Under the pieces are notes generated by a model. That model worked only from the letters and a program-made list of their open reading frames with translations. It had not been told where the DNA came from and did no database searches. The position numbers and the translations under genes were made by a program. A stretch of 63,158 nt of DNA, counting the filler, from Octopus bimaculoides (taxonomy: Eukaryota): assembly GCF_001194135.2 (NCBI RefSeq). It is 6 parts of 6 records of this genome, joined end to end, with 100 filler letters (N's around TTAATTAATTAA, not from the genome) between each part and the next. Parts side by side here need not be neighbours in the genome. Positions count along the whole stretch, not along the records: positions 20,094 to 50,845 come from NC_068992.1; positions 50,946 to 59,586 come from NC_068985.1; positions 59,687 to 61,829 come from NW_026337258.1; positions 61,930 to 63,158 come from NC_068993.1; 2 more parts are not named here. One strand, written 5' to 3'. Shown in pieces: positions 50,395 to 63,158 of this stretch. The number at the start of each line of letters is the position of its first letter. Position 1 is the stretch's first letter.

Positions 50395-50763
50395 AGCTTC
50401 TCTGCTAGTTCCTCAACAGTTACGATAGGATTTTGTTCCGCCAAGTTTTGCAGGACGTCCTCATAGAGCTTAATAGATCTTCCAGGACGAGGCTCGTCTT
50501 CTAGGCTATAGTTTCCGGCTCGGAATTTCTGGAACCAACGTTGACACCAACTTACACTTATTGTCCGATCCGCATATACTGCGTTAATATTTCACATACT
50601 TTCCGTTGCGTTGTTGCCTTTATTGCAGAATATGTGCTCCTTTGTCACTTCTATTATAGCTTTGAACTGCACTCTTCAAAACTTGCACTAAGGATAAATA
50701 CCAGGTAAAATTACTATCTGCCTTTATAGCAACTTGATGCGGGTATTTTATCCCGTCCCCCTC
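50395..50763 (-). mobile_element. Mariner transposase N-terminal remnant
   Basis: Minus strand EVTKEH..KGNNATES..NINAVY.DRTISV..CQRWFQKFRAGNYSLEDEPRPGRSIKLYEDVLQNLAEQNPIVTVEELAEKL is the mariner DNA-binding HTH. Confidence 0.85.
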
Positions 50764-50814
50764 TGTCTTTTAGTTCACGCAATTGAAAAAAACCGCATTA
50801 AATATATATGCTGT

Positions 50815-50845
<31 letters not shown>

Positions 50846-50945
50846 NNNNNNNNNNNNNNNNNNNNNNNNNNNNNNNNNNNNNNNNNNNNTTAATTAATTA
50901 ANNNNNNNNNNNNNNNNNNNNNNNNNNNNNNNNNNNNNNNNNNNN

Positions 50946-50990
<45 letters not shown>

Positions 50991-51390
50991 TATATATGTG
51001 TATGTATGTATGTATGTATGTATGTATAATGTAACGATACACGTTCTGTTGGCGATTTCTTTTCCTTTTTGGGTATTTTCCCCTTTTTCCTTTCCGACGA
51101 AGAGCGATGCTTGAAATATCACACGTACAAATACGCAGATACACATTCATACACATACATACGCATGCATATCCATGCATTCATGCAACCAATATATGTG
51201 TCTGAATGAGTGAGTGAGTGAGTGAGCGAGTGAGCGAGTGAGTGAGTGAGTGAGTGAGTGAGTGAGTGAGTGTATGTGAGCGTGGATCAGTCCTACAGAA
51301 TCGCATATAAACAGATACCAAGCACGCACGCTTATATACAAATACATATTCCTACACACATGAACACACACACACACACACGCACACATA

Positions 51391-51429
<39 letters not shown>

Positions 51430-52020
51430 NNNNNNNNNNNNNNNNNNNNNNNNNNNNNNNNNNNNNNNNNNNNNNNNNNNNNNNNNNNNNNNNNNNNNNN
51501 NNNNNNNNNNNNNNNNNNNNNNNNNNNNNNNNNNNNNNNNNNNNNNNNNNNNNNNNNNNNNNNNNNNNNNNNNNNNNNNNNNNNNNNNNNNNNNNNNNNN
51601 NNNNNNNNNNNNNNNNNNNNNNNNNNNNNNNNNNNNNNNNNNNNNNNNNNNNNNNNNNNNNNNNNNNNNNNNNNNNNNNNNNNNNNNNNNNNNNNNNNNN
51701 NNNNNNNNNNNNNNNNNNNNNNNNNNNNNNNNNNNNNNNNNNNNNNNNNNNNNNNNNNNNNNNNNNNNNNNNNNNNNNNNNNNNNNNNNNNNNNNNNNNN
51801 NNNNNNNNNNNNNNNNNNNNNNNNNNNNNNNNNNNNNNNNNNNNNNNNNNNNNNNNNNNNNNNNNNNNNNNNNNNNNNNNNNNNNNNNNNNNNNNNNNNN
51901 NNNNNNNNNNNNNNNNNNNNNNNNNNNNNNNNNNNNNNNNNNNNNNNNNNNNNNNNNNNNNNNNNNNNNNNNNNNNNNNNNNNNNNNNNNNNNNNNNNNN
52001 NNNNNNNNNNNNNNNNNNNN

Positions 52021-52215
52021 AACAAGGCTCCGGCAGGGGGTGGTGGTGAACCCTGCTGTACTCTTTCACCACCACAACTTTCTTTCACTCTTTCTGCTGT
52101 ACCTGTATTTCAAAGGGCCAGCCTTATCACACTCTGTTTAGCGCTGAATTTCCTCGAGAACTACGTTAAGAGTACACGTGTCTGTGGAGTGCTCAGCCAG
52201 TTGCACGTTAATAAA
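52021..52215 (+). mobile_element. SINE family D, 3' part
   Basis: aggctccggcaggggg..gaaccctgctgtactctttcaccac..gagaactacgttaag matches the 54136 copy. Confidence 0.8.
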
Positions 52216-52220
52216 TGAGT

Positions 52221-52922
52221 TGCGACGTCACTGGTGCCTAGCTGTATCGGCCTTTGCCTTTCCCTTGGGTAACACTGGTGGCGTGGAGAGGGGAGGTCAG
52301 TATGCATGGGAGACTGCTAGTCTTCCATAAACAACCTTGCCCAGACTTGTGCCTCGGAGGGTAACTTTCTAGGTGCAATCCCATGGTCATTCATGACCGA
52401 AGGGGGTCACAAGAACATTCACTCTTTAAAACTTATCTGCCAGATTTCGTTGTCTTAGAGATTCTGTTCATCTGTAGCATATGACGAATGGAACTAAATT
52501 CTTCTTTCGATAATCTTAGCCCAGTCATACTTTGATCCAAGAGAATTGGTATATATTATTCTTCTCCAATGATAATAGATATAAAGCTGAAAGTTTATTT
52601 TAGGTGCTCCTTATTAATGGCTCTACACTTGCCCACGATGCCACGCAATGGAGCTGAACTTAGAACCATGTGGTTGGGAAGCAAGCTTTTTACTACACAG
52701 TCACGCCTACCCTGTATTGTGCATGCAGGGTAAAGACCCCCATCGGTCACGAATGACCATGGGATTGCACCTAGAAAGTTACCCCCTAGAGTACAAGTCT
52801 GAGCAAGGGCGTTTATGGAAGACCAGCAGTCGCCCATGCATACCAGCCTCCCCTCTCCACACCACCACTGTTATCCAAGGGAAAGGTAAAGGACGATACA
52901 GCTTGGCACCAGTGATGTCGCA
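52221..52922. repeat. Inverted pair of a ~188-bp retroposon-derived repeat (52221-52408 and 52735-52922)
   Basis: ctaggtgcaatcccatggtcattcatgaccgaagggggtc versus gacccccatcggtcacgaatgaccatgggattgcacctag, with reverse complementarity along both arms. Confidence 0.85.
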
Positions 52923-53026
52923 GCTCAGAACTTGAACTCAGAACGTAGCAGCAGACGAAATACCGTGAAGCATTTCGCCCGGCGTGCTAACGATTCTGCC
53001 GGCTCACCGCCTTGATGATGATGATG

Positions 53027-53085
<59 letters not shown>

Positions 53086-53126
53086 AAGAAGAAGAAAAAG
53101 AAGAAGAAGAAGAAGAAGAAGAAGAA

Positions 53127-53252
53127 CGGCTGAGTGAACCGGGGCAACGTGAAAAAAAGTGTGTTGCTCAAGAACATAACACACAACCCGGTCCGGGAAT
53201 CGAACTCACTACTACGTAATTGTGATCCCGACGCTCTAACCACTGAGCCAGC
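53127..53252 (-). mobile_element. tRNA-derived SINE head (family F)
   Basis: Minus strand ggctcagtggttagagcg..gagttcgattcccggacc gives A and B boxes; adjacent to (AAT)n(GAA)n at 53027-53125. Confidence 0.75.
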
Positions 53253-53396
53253 AGTCATATTCGCGAAACCCTATGAGTTAGACAGTATCGGCAATGTGAC
53301 ACTAAATAACTTGCTGTGAGCAAGTGTGTCATCCTTCTAGTCAGGGCTGGGATGAATGAAATAAGTAGCAGCCGGCAATTGTTACCTCCCCTAAAA

Positions 53397-53580
53397 TGTG
53401 TACCATTGTATCTATGTTGGAAAACAATATTTTCCCCCGAACATTCTTACAAATGATTTCATATTTTGTTTTAAGAGGTTCTTTGGTCGATACTTGATTA
53501 GGCACAGTGGGTCAGACATAGATGAAACGGCAGGGAGTTGTAGTCTGTCAAACACAATGAATCAAAATAAGCGTCTATTT
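53397..53580 (+). other. Duplicated ~185-bp segment (paralogue at 55751-55932), candidate exon
   Basis: Conserved frame RFFGRYLIRHSGSDIDETAGSCSLSNTMNQNKRLF versus RFFGRFSARHSGSDRDERATSCSLSNTMNHNKRLY, following ttttgttttaag. Confidence 0.4.
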
Positions 53581-54135
53581 CTCTGTATGTGTGTCTGTGT
53601 GCGTGCGTCCGTGCGTGTCTATGTGTGTGTGCGTGTGCGTGTGTGTATATTTCTGCGTATATACAGTAAAAATTATGGTCATCTATCACCTATCACGCTT
53701 TATTGCTGCCTCTCTATGCCTTCCATTATGACTTCCCTCCCCTTACTGATAATTTCAGTTATCAGGTTATTACAAAGACAGGCTGTCTCTGTTTGATTGT
53801 CTCTATATTGGAGACAGAGAGTCTAGACATTTAGGATGACATAAATGATTGTAACATTGAACATGCTCGTAATAAAATCCAACAATCTAACCTCCCACAA
53901 CGAAAAGACATTTTATTTTGAATTAGAGCGGACATCGAACACTCAGGTGGGTGACAGTGAGATCAAACAGCGATAATGCAGAGGATCAGAACAAGAAAAC
54001 AACACAAGCTCAGACTCTGTTGATTGTTAAAGACTGGACAGCATAAAAACAATGCATTGAAGCAATCGACCAGTGAAAATGCAGTAGTTAAGAAGGCAAC
54101 CAAGGTTAAGAAAGCAATGCAGTGGTTATGAAGGC

Positions 54136-54512
54136 GTGGAGGCGCAATGGCCCGATGGTTAGGGCAGCGGACTCGCGGTCATAGGGTCGCGGTTTCGATT
54201 CCCATACTGGGCGTTGTGAGTGTTTATTGAGCGAAAATACCTAAAGCTCCACGAGGCTCCGGCAGGGGATGGTGGCGAACCCTGCTGTACTCTTTCACCA
54301 CAACTTTCTCTCACTCTTTCTTCCTGTTACTGTTGTGCCTGTAATTCAAAGGGTCAGCCGTGTCACACTGAATATCCCCAAGAACTACGTTAAGGGTACG
54401 CGTGTCTGTGGAGTGCTCAGCCACTTGCACGTTAATTTCACGAGCAGGCCTTTCCATTGATCGGATCAACTGGAACTCTCGACGTCGTAAGCGACGGAGT
54501 GCTAACAACAAC
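54136..54512 (+). mobile_element. tRNA-derived SINE family D, full-length
   Basis: A box tggcccgatgg, B box ggtttcgattccc, tail ..gacggagtgctaacaaca. Confidence 0.85.
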
Positions 54513-54689
54513 GGTTATGAAGGCAATCAGCAGAGCAAAGAAAATGTACGATAGAAAAAAGCAAAGCATGAGAAAGATCAGAGCGTAGACCTGGGTCAGA
54601 GAGTTGAAGCAGTAGTGGGATGCAGTGCATCAGGGAGAATATGAAAGGGTTCTGTAAACCAGAATGAAAGTTTCTGTTTTGTAGTCTTT

Positions 54690-54928
54690 TATTCCTTTAT
54701 TCTTTAACTTGTTTCAGTCATTTGAGTGCGGTCATGCTGGAGCACCGCCTTCAGTCGAACAAATCGTCCTCAGGACTTATTCTTTGTAAGGCTAGTACTT
54801 ATTCTATCGGTCTGTTTTGCTGAACCGCTAAGTTACGTGGACATAAACACACCAGCGATGGTGGAGAAGGGGACAAACACAGACACACAAGCATACACAC
54901 AAACGCACACACACACACACACACACAA

Positions 54929-54994
<66 letters not shown>

Positions 54995-55025
54995 ACACAC
55001 ACACACACACACACATATATATAGA

Positions 55026-55059
<34 letters not shown>

Positions 55060-55222
55060 CGATGGGCTTCTTTCAGTTTCCGTCTACCAAATCCACTCAT
55101 AAGGCTTTGGTCGGCCCGAGGCTATAGTAGAAAACACTTGCCCAAGGTGCCACGCAGCGGTACTGAACCCAGAACCATGTGGTTGGTAAACAAGCTACTT
55201 ACCACACAGCCACTCCTGTGCC
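54690..55222 (-). mobile_element. SINE family A, full-length, with expanded internal (CA)n(TA)n
   Basis: Reverse-complement match of head and tail to the 26796 copy. Confidence 0.92.
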
Positions 55223-55258
55223 TCCATGTATTTCAGCGTAAATATACGTGATTGTGTG

Positions 55259-55291
<33 letters not shown>

Positions 55292-55927
55292 TTGACAGTG
55301 AGAGAGAGAGAGAGTGCTACAGAATCAGTTGACCAGAAGACAGGATAGATAGTTGCATAAACTTGAGTGAATGAGCACGTCATGATAGATTCAATCAATC
55401 AGAGAAGACATCAAAGCAGAGACACAACGGTTCGGAGATAGTTTGGAAGTGTGAGACGTTTTATAGCTATCATACACTGAGTGAAGTACCGAACGAAGGA
55501 TTGAGAAATAGACAAGTAAATTAGGTAACTGCTTGCTTAAACTAAAGAGTCAGAATAACAGGTAGTACAGTGTTCTATTAAACTACAGTTGACATCGATT
55601 TAGTCATTACTGCAGTGACTAGTCTTTCACCGTTCACGTTTACACTGGTGTTATAGACTATAATGAGAAATATTAAACAGTACACACACGTGCATTCGCG
55701 TACATACACGCGCTGGCACATGAGCGTGCGCACAGTCTATAATGTTAAATTGTGTACCATTGTATCTATGTTAGAAAACAATGTTTCACAAGACATTCTT
55801 ACAAAAGAGTTCGTATTTTGTTTTAAGCGGTTCTTTGGTCGATTCTCCGCTAGACACAGTGGCTCAGACAGAGATGAAAGAGCAACGAGCTGTAGTCTAT
55901 CAAATACAATGAATCATAATAAGAGAC

Positions 55928-55982
<55 letters not shown>

Positions 55983-56409
55983 ATGCATTGTTTGTGTGTG
56001 TGTGTGTGTAGTAATTAACAGTCGTATAATGTGTGTGTGTAGTAATTAACGGTCGTAAAATGTGTGTAGTAATTAACAGTCGCATAATAACGCTATATTT
56101 CACTTTCTAAAAAGCAGGACCGTGGGTCCATCTCTTGATTGCACAAGAGCTGTGACGCGCGCACATTTTCTTTTTTGTTCCATTACGTCTCTAATTTTTA
56201 TAATTTTTTTTTTCTAAGCCAAATTTGAAAAACATAAAATCAGTTTTTAGCTTTAATATGACTCTAAACGTAGTGCAGTTTTGGAGGTCTTTTTCTTTGT
56301 TTTTTTTTTTTTGCTTTTTTAAGGATAACAGAAGAAATTCTTCAGCTAATCCTTAGCCTTCTTATAAATAAAAAAGGTATATGGAGAACTAATTCCAGAT
56401 AGGTGTAGA

Positions 56410-56790
56410 TGTGGCTGTGTCGTAAGAATTTTGCTTCCAAACTACTTGGTTCTGGGTTCAGTCCCACTGCATGGCACCTTTGGCAAGTGTCTCCTACTAT
56501 AGCTTCGGGTCGACCAAAGTCTTGTGAGTGGATTTGGTCGACGGAAACTGAAAGGAGCTCGACGTATGTGTACATGTATGTGTGTGTGCGTCTTTGTACG
56601 TGTATATGCGTGTGTGTGCGTGTCGGTGTGCATGCGCTTGACAACCGGTGTTGGTGTGTTTACGTCCCTGCAACTTAGCGGTTCGGCAAAATACACCGAT
56701 AGAATAAGTACCAGGCTTTAAAAAAATTAGTGCTAGAGTTGATTCATTCGACTAAAAATTCTTCAAGGCGGTACCTCAGTATGACTGCAT
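56410..56790 (+). mobile_element. SINE family A copy
   Basis: gtggctgtgtcgtaag..ggttcagtcccactgc..gcttgacaaccggtgttggtgtgtttacgtcc..gatagaataagtacc. Confidence 0.85.
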
Positions 56791-57135
56791 TCTCATGGAT
56801 TAATCTCCCTAGATGTTCGATTCTCACTGAGCCGTAGGATATTTATGTATGGACATTATGCTCTGTGATGAGGGTTTAATGAGGTGAAGAAATAAGGGGA
56901 GAAGCTGTTCAATGCTCTAACTAACTCCCGAAGCAGATTTGCTTCAAACATTTAAATCATCCCATCTTCCTCGTTACTATCAAAGCGTTCATATGATATA
57001 CAAGGAAATTTGAGAGCTAAAATATATTTTTCTGATTAACCAGAGTGAATTTTAGACGTCAGCGATGTAAACTGTTATTTATTAACTGTTATAATTGTTT
57101 GGGATAGCAGACATTTTTTCTTTTCCCCTTTCTTA

Positions 57136-57202
<67 letters not shown>

Positions 57203-57667
57203 TTTCTCTATCAATGTGTATATATATATATATATATGTGTGTTTGGTTGGTAGTGGGGGACGGAGTTCTTACAGCATTTTCATATCCTGACATAAAGAT
57301 AAAAAGAGCATATATTCCCAATATTCTAAAACTAGGTGTGGATATAAATACACGAGACATACGAAAGAGATGATTCAAAAGCAAGTACCAGATGGTACTC
57401 GTAAACACGACTCGTTGTCGATGCCACGGTGTGTTATGCAAATAAGCTACTGGCAGTCAAATGAAATTCATCACATGTGTATATGTATATATATACGTGT
57501 GTGTGTGTGTGTGTGTGTGTGTCTATGTATGTATGTGTATATATATATGTGTGTGTGTGTGTGTATGTATATATGTACATACATATACAAACGTATATAG
57601 ATGTATATACGTGTATGGGCATATATATTGGATATATGGATATGTGTATATGTGTATTTATTACATG

Positions 57668-57737
<70 letters not shown>

Positions 57738-58039
57738 TATGCATGTGTATATATTTAATATATTGTTATTTTGTGCATGCATGTATGAATGCATACATAA
57801 GTATACACAGATACACACACATACACCAACACACAGTCACTCATACACATGAATGTTTTATACAGACACGTTTTTACCAGGAACAGATCACGTGACTCCT
57901 AGCTTTAAGCAATACTTTAGAGTTAATTATACGATTACCACTGTTCCTGCTTCTACTACTATTAATGCTACTACTTACTACTAACTACTACTAATACAAA
58001 TAATAATAATAATAATGATAATAATAATAATAATAATAA

Positions 58040-58258
58040 TCCTTTCTATTATAGGCACAAGGCCTGAAATTTGCAGAGAGTGGGATAAGTCGATTACATC
58101 GAGTCCGCTGCGTAACTGATATTTATTTAATCGACCCCGAAAGAATGAAAGGCAAAGTCGAACTCGGCGGAATTTGAACTCAGAACATAAAGACAAACGA
58201 AATACCGCTAAGCATTTCGCCCAGCGTGCTAACGTTTCTGCCAGCTCGCCGCCTTGAG
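58040..58258 (-). mobile_element. SINE family B copy (another head fragment at ~52925-53012)
   Basis: ctgccagctcgccgccttg head; gaatgaaaggcaaagtcga; tail abuts (AAT)n. Confidence 0.85.
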
Positions 58259-59551
58259 GCGAAAGAATACAATGCGCAAATGTGTTCATGATGAAGAAAG
58301 CCTGCTAATTTTTGTCAGTTAAAGTGTGTAAAATAATGGTATAAAATCTGAGACGGGAATAGAAATCTGAATTCAAAATTAACAAAGATAAGGACGACAA
58401 TGAATAGAGCTCATATTTTTTATTATTATTACTAAGTTCTTACAATTTCTCCTAAGAATATTTACAACAGAAGAAAGAAGCTAGATTTTAGAGGACTATT
58501 CGTGCATGTTTATTTGTTCAAAAAATGAAAATACTAAAGGATTTAAATTCTTCAAAAGATCAAGTAACAGTTTTTAGCGACGCTACTATAAAAAGAAAGA
58601 AATGAGATATAGCCATTGGCGATAGTAAAAATCCTTGGTGTTTTAAGGATTAAAAAAAAATTTACCTGTTCATATCTGTTATTATGCAAATGCGTCAATG
58701 ATTACAGTTATTTTTAACAATTGGCTACTTAAGAGGGATTTGGAATTAAAGCGAAAAATTGTCTTGTTAGTTGAGAACTATACAGCGCAAATAATTAATT
58801 CGTTTTTAAAGGACATCAAAGAAATTTTCTTGTCTTCAATATAACGTTAATTCAACCATGAAGCTAAGGTATCATACGAGATTTAAAGGCTTGATATTGA
58901 AGTGACATTTGCACAAGAATATTATCCAAATTCGATGGTATTCTAAATCAGTCTAATCCGAATGCAATTAAAAAACGAATTTTTCTTCCTGATGGATTAC
59001 ATATGCTAGCAATGTCATGGAAGCAAGTCTCGGAGGAGAATATTCAGGAGTGAGGTTTTTAAAAAGAGAAATGGATTTTCTAAAATAAACACAAAAACTC
59101 CTAATGACAAGAAATTACGATTAGTTACAAATGAAAACCTTAATTGAACCCCAGGCTATATATAAAAAAAAATAAAGGTTTAAAATTCAGTACACATCAG
59201 TATCAACAAACAAAATATTTACTGAACCCTATAAACAAAAACCAACGTTTCATATTAGATTCATTGGTCCGGGGTAGTTTTGACTGAGGTGACACACAAC
59301 AAGGTCGAAACATCGGTGCCCTTAGGTTCCCTCACCTTCCAATGGATTAAATGTGTTATATACACACGTTCGTCTGAAAACTGTTCTTAAATGATGAAAT
59401 ACAGCAACGCTTGGTACATTCACGTTCGAATCCGTCAGAACATATTACGAATGAATACGTTTGTTATCGTGTTGATACTTGCTGCTCACTGAGCAGATAG
59501 CGATTTGCAAACAATAACGTGTGTGTGTGTACATACACACACACATACATA

Positions 59552-59586
<35 letters not shown>

Positions 59587-59686
59587 NNNNNNNNNNNNNN
59601 NNNNNNNNNNNNNNNNNNNNNNNNNNNNNNTTAATTAATTAANNNNNNNNNNNNNNNNNNNNNNNNNNNNNNNNNNNNNNNNNNNN

Positions 59687-59725
<39 letters not shown>

Positions 59726-61396
59726 TGTGTACTGATTCATTTAAATACAACTTTCATTTTCAATTTATGTTTTTCCTCACAGTCCACTACAAAAAAAGAC
59801 AACCGACTGAATGAAATTTCAATATTTTCTCAGAAATTTCTTGTCTGTCAATCTATGTTGATATGTATGTATATTTCATTCTATTTCGCAAATCTTTGCG
59901 ATACAGAATGATCTGGACTCCAACTATAGAACCACATACCTGCATTGAAAATTATTCAACAACTAGGAAATAATACATACGGTTTTGCAGGATTTCTTGC
60001 TTAATTTTACATATATTCTGTTGTAAGATAGATTTGCTCGTTTCTTTTCAAAGTTATTTGAATTAACACGAAACATTTTTCCATTGTAGAGTTTCATTTT
60101 TATTTATTTTTAGTCTGTAGTTGTATTCGTAGTCCATCACTTTGTTTGTTGTTTTGAAATTTGAATAAATTGTACTTTTCTCCATATATATGCCGATGGA
60201 GTGCCTAGTAGAGAAAAGAATACAAAAGATTACAGATCTTCTCCAGACGTATGTGCTCTCTACAAGGAGGACGTTATTATTAAAATAAGCGTACTGAAAT
60301 GGTTTCCACGTTTGAATGGACGGAAAATTCGGCATGAAATATTCTCTGCGTTTCGGCGGACTCGTTCAGTTCATAGAAGAACGAATGAATGAGTACGTCT
60401 CCGAAGACCCGCGCCAACTCACAGGGGAAATGGCCNNNNNNNNNNNNNNNNNNNNNNNNNNNNNNNNNNNNNNNNNNNNNNNNNNNNNNNNNNNNNNNNN
60501 NNNNNNNNNNNNNNNNNNNNNNNNNNNNNNNNNNNNNNNNNNNNNNNNNNNNNNNNNNNNNNNNNNNNNNNNNNNNNNNNNNNNNNNNNNNNNNNNNNNN
60601 NNNNNNNNNNNNNNNNNNNNNNNNNNNNNNNNNNNNNNNNNNNNNNNNNNNNNNNNNNNNNNNNNNNNNNNNNNNNNNNNNNNNNNNNNNNNNNNNNNNN
60701 NNNNNNNNNNNNNNNNNNNNNNNNNNNNNNNNNNNNNNNNNNNNNNNNNNNNNNNNNNNNNNNNNNNNNNNNNNNNNNNNNNNNNNNNNNNNNNNNNNNN
60801 NNNNNNNNNNNNNNNNNNNNNNNNNNNNNNNNNNNNNNNNNNNNNNNNNNNNNNNNNNNNNNNNNNNNNNNNNNNNNNNNNNNNNNNNNNNNNNNNNNNN
60901 NNNNNNNNNNNNNNNNNNNNNNNNNNNNNNNNNNNNNNNNNNNNNNNNNNNNNNNNNNNNNNNNNNNNNNNNNNNNNNNNNNNNNNNNNNNNNNNNNNNN
61001 NNNNNNNNNNNNNNNNNNNNNNNNNNNNNNNNNNNNNNNNNNNNNNNNNNNNNNNNNNNNNNNNNNNNNNNNNNNNNNNNNNNNNNNNNNNNNNNNNNNN
61101 NNNNNNNNNNNNNNNNNNNNNNNNNNNNNNNNNNNNNNNNNNNNNNNNNNNNNNNNNNNNNNNNNNNNNNNNNNNNNNNNNNNNNNNNNNNNNNNNNNNN
61201 NNNNNNNNNNNNNNNNNNNNNNNNNNNNNNNNNNNNNNNNNNNNNNNNNNNNNNNNNNNNNNNNNNNNNNNNNNNNNNNNNNNNNNNNNNNNNNNNNNNN
61301 NNNNNNNNNNNNNNNNNNNNNNNNNNNNNNNNNNNNNNNNNNNNNNNNNNNNNNNNNNNNNNNNNNNNNNNNNNNNNNNNNNNNNNNNNNNNNNNN

Positions 61397-61429
<33 letters not shown>

Positions 61430-61454
61430 TAAATATAAATATATAAATATATAT

Positions 61455-61829
61455 ATTAGCCCAGGTTATGTCTGACTTAATACCACCATCTGAAACGACT
61501 AGCTAAATCCTTTTTAAGTCACGTTTTGTGGTATCATGGCCCATTCGAGTAGGGAATTCTTGTTGAGTGAGTTGTATCCAGGTATAGGTGGATTATCTGG
61601 TATTTCTTGAAGAAATTTGACCAGATTCGGTTTCGCTGTTTCGGGACAATGTTAAATAGGACAGAGCCTGCTGAGTAAAAGAAATTGTGTTGTAGTGTAT
61701 TTATGTGTTATGATCGTGAATTGGATAGGGGACGTATGACCCGTGGTCTTAGCCTTGGATGAATCCTATAAACTAATGTTGAGGTCGTTTGGGCAATACT
61801 GGTGGTATATTCTCCACATCGAGCAAATG
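61455..61829 (-). mobile_element. 3' end of the same CR1-like family as 47.3-50.0 kb
   Basis: Reverse complement of catttgc.cgatgtggagaatataccacc..gcccaaacgacctcaacattagttt (49625-49685) and downstream sequence. Confidence 0.85.
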
Positions 61830-62467
61830 NNNNNNNNNNNNNNNNNNNNNNNNNNNNNNNNNNNNNNNNNNNNTTAATTAATTAANNNNNNNNNNNNNNN
61901 NNNNNNNNNNNNNNNNNNNNNNNNNNNNNTATATATATACATATATATATATATACTGATACATACATACATACACATACACATATATAAACACAGACAC
62001 ACAAAGAGCAACATATATGTATAGCATATACACACATGCATACATACATACATATAAGAGCGCAAACACACACACACACACACACCCAAACACACACACA
62101 CACACCCAAACACACACACACACACACCCAAACACACACACACACACACGCACTCACGCATGCACACTTATATATATACAGATATATAAGTGTGTACAAA
62201 GAGGGGGAAGATAATCGTTATATACACTATGTGCCTTCGAATGTAGATATCCACAGCACACAGGTTCAATACGCACACACGCTCAAGCGCTGAGCAAACA
62301 CACGCATGCGCATGCATTTGTGTATATGTATATTTGTGTCTAAGTCTACAGAGGTGTATGAATCTACAACATACGTATGAATGTTTCTATCTATCTATCT
62401 ATCTATCTACCTGTCAAACTCCTCTCTTTCTCCTCTCTCTACATATATGTACATATATTCATGCGTG

Positions 62468-62506
<39 letters not shown>

Positions 62507-62616
62507 ATATATACATATATATATATATATACATATGTATATTCATATATTTATGTGAGTATATGCATATTTGCGTGCGTGAGCGTTTATATTTACAAAT
62601 ATATCTCTGCTACTTT

Positions 62617-62655
<39 letters not shown>

Positions 62656-62899
62656 ACACACAGATAAATACACACGTAGACATAGACACACACATGCACA
62701 CAAGCATATTCATTTGTTTGTGCGTGCGTGTGTGTGTGTGTATGTGTGTGCTTGTGTATGCTTGTGTATGTGTATGTGTGTATCTGTGTGGTGAATGTTT
62801 TAATGTAGTTGAAACATGATAAAAAAAAGAAAGATTCATTTTGAAATATTTGAAAATCACCCTAAAATATCCCATCATTCATATCGTCCCCACCACCAT

Positions 62900-63158
62900 T
62901 AACCAGAGCATCACCACCACTCCCACCCCACCCCACCACCACCAACAGCAACAACATTACCAAATGGCTACAAATTGCAGCAGCAACACCAGCGCCATCG
63001 CACGAACCACTACCACCATTACCACCGCCACCACCACCGCCAACATCACTACCACTATCACCATCATCACCACTACAACCACCACCACCTTCACCAACAT
63101 CACCACCACCACCACCTCAACTGCCACCAGCATCATCACCACCACCACTACCACCACC
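62900..63158. repeat. Low-complexity (CAC/CAT)n triplet region
   Basis: Degenerate triplet repeat; the poly-V ORF is an artefact. Confidence 0.9.

Noticed and set aside
57280-57373. NILKLGVDINTRD, an ankyrin-like fragment
   Set aside because: Single short motif in an ORF that starts in a microsatellite; no flanking ankyrin consensus.
60330-60415. Imperfect hairpin with a GAAACG on the minus strand
   Set aside because: No CTGANGA core at the right spacing, and it is truncated by a gap.

Overview
AT-rich eukaryotic genomic DNA, dense in microsatellites and retroposons, with many N-gaps. The repeat landscape looks like an octopus (coleoid cephalopod) draft assembly; this is inference, not a database result. 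I cannot support any intact host protein-coding gene, and most of the supplied ORFs are translations of microsatellites or gaps. The window contains: (i) five decayed R4/Dong-type non-LTR retrotransposon pieces (RT plus restriction-like endonuclease), three of them head-to-tail and joined at (TAA)n tracts; (ii) Penelope-like element (PLE) fragments, namely an RT with an adjacent inverted terminal repeat and a separate GIY-YIG domain; (iii) two CR1-like LINEs plus a 3' fragment; (iv) a Gypsy pol fragment; (v) Tc1/mariner fragments and an hAT MITE; (vi) dozens of copies of several tRNA-derived SINE families. The most interesting signal is a roughly 280-300 bp element present in two full copies and one headless copy. 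It joins a tRNA-like Pol III head (A and B boxes), an (AAT/AAC)n spacer and a tail containing a minimal type-I hammerhead ribozyme, and the 48.7 kb copy keeps an intact catalytic core. Two other hammerhead-like motif types occur at 21.7/22.1 kb and 42.9 kb. A duplicated ~105-nt segment at 53.5 and 55.8 kb shows a synonymous-biased divergence pattern and may be exonic. The TTAATTAATTAA strings inside 100-bp N blocks are scaffolding linkers, so adjacency across them is not reliable.
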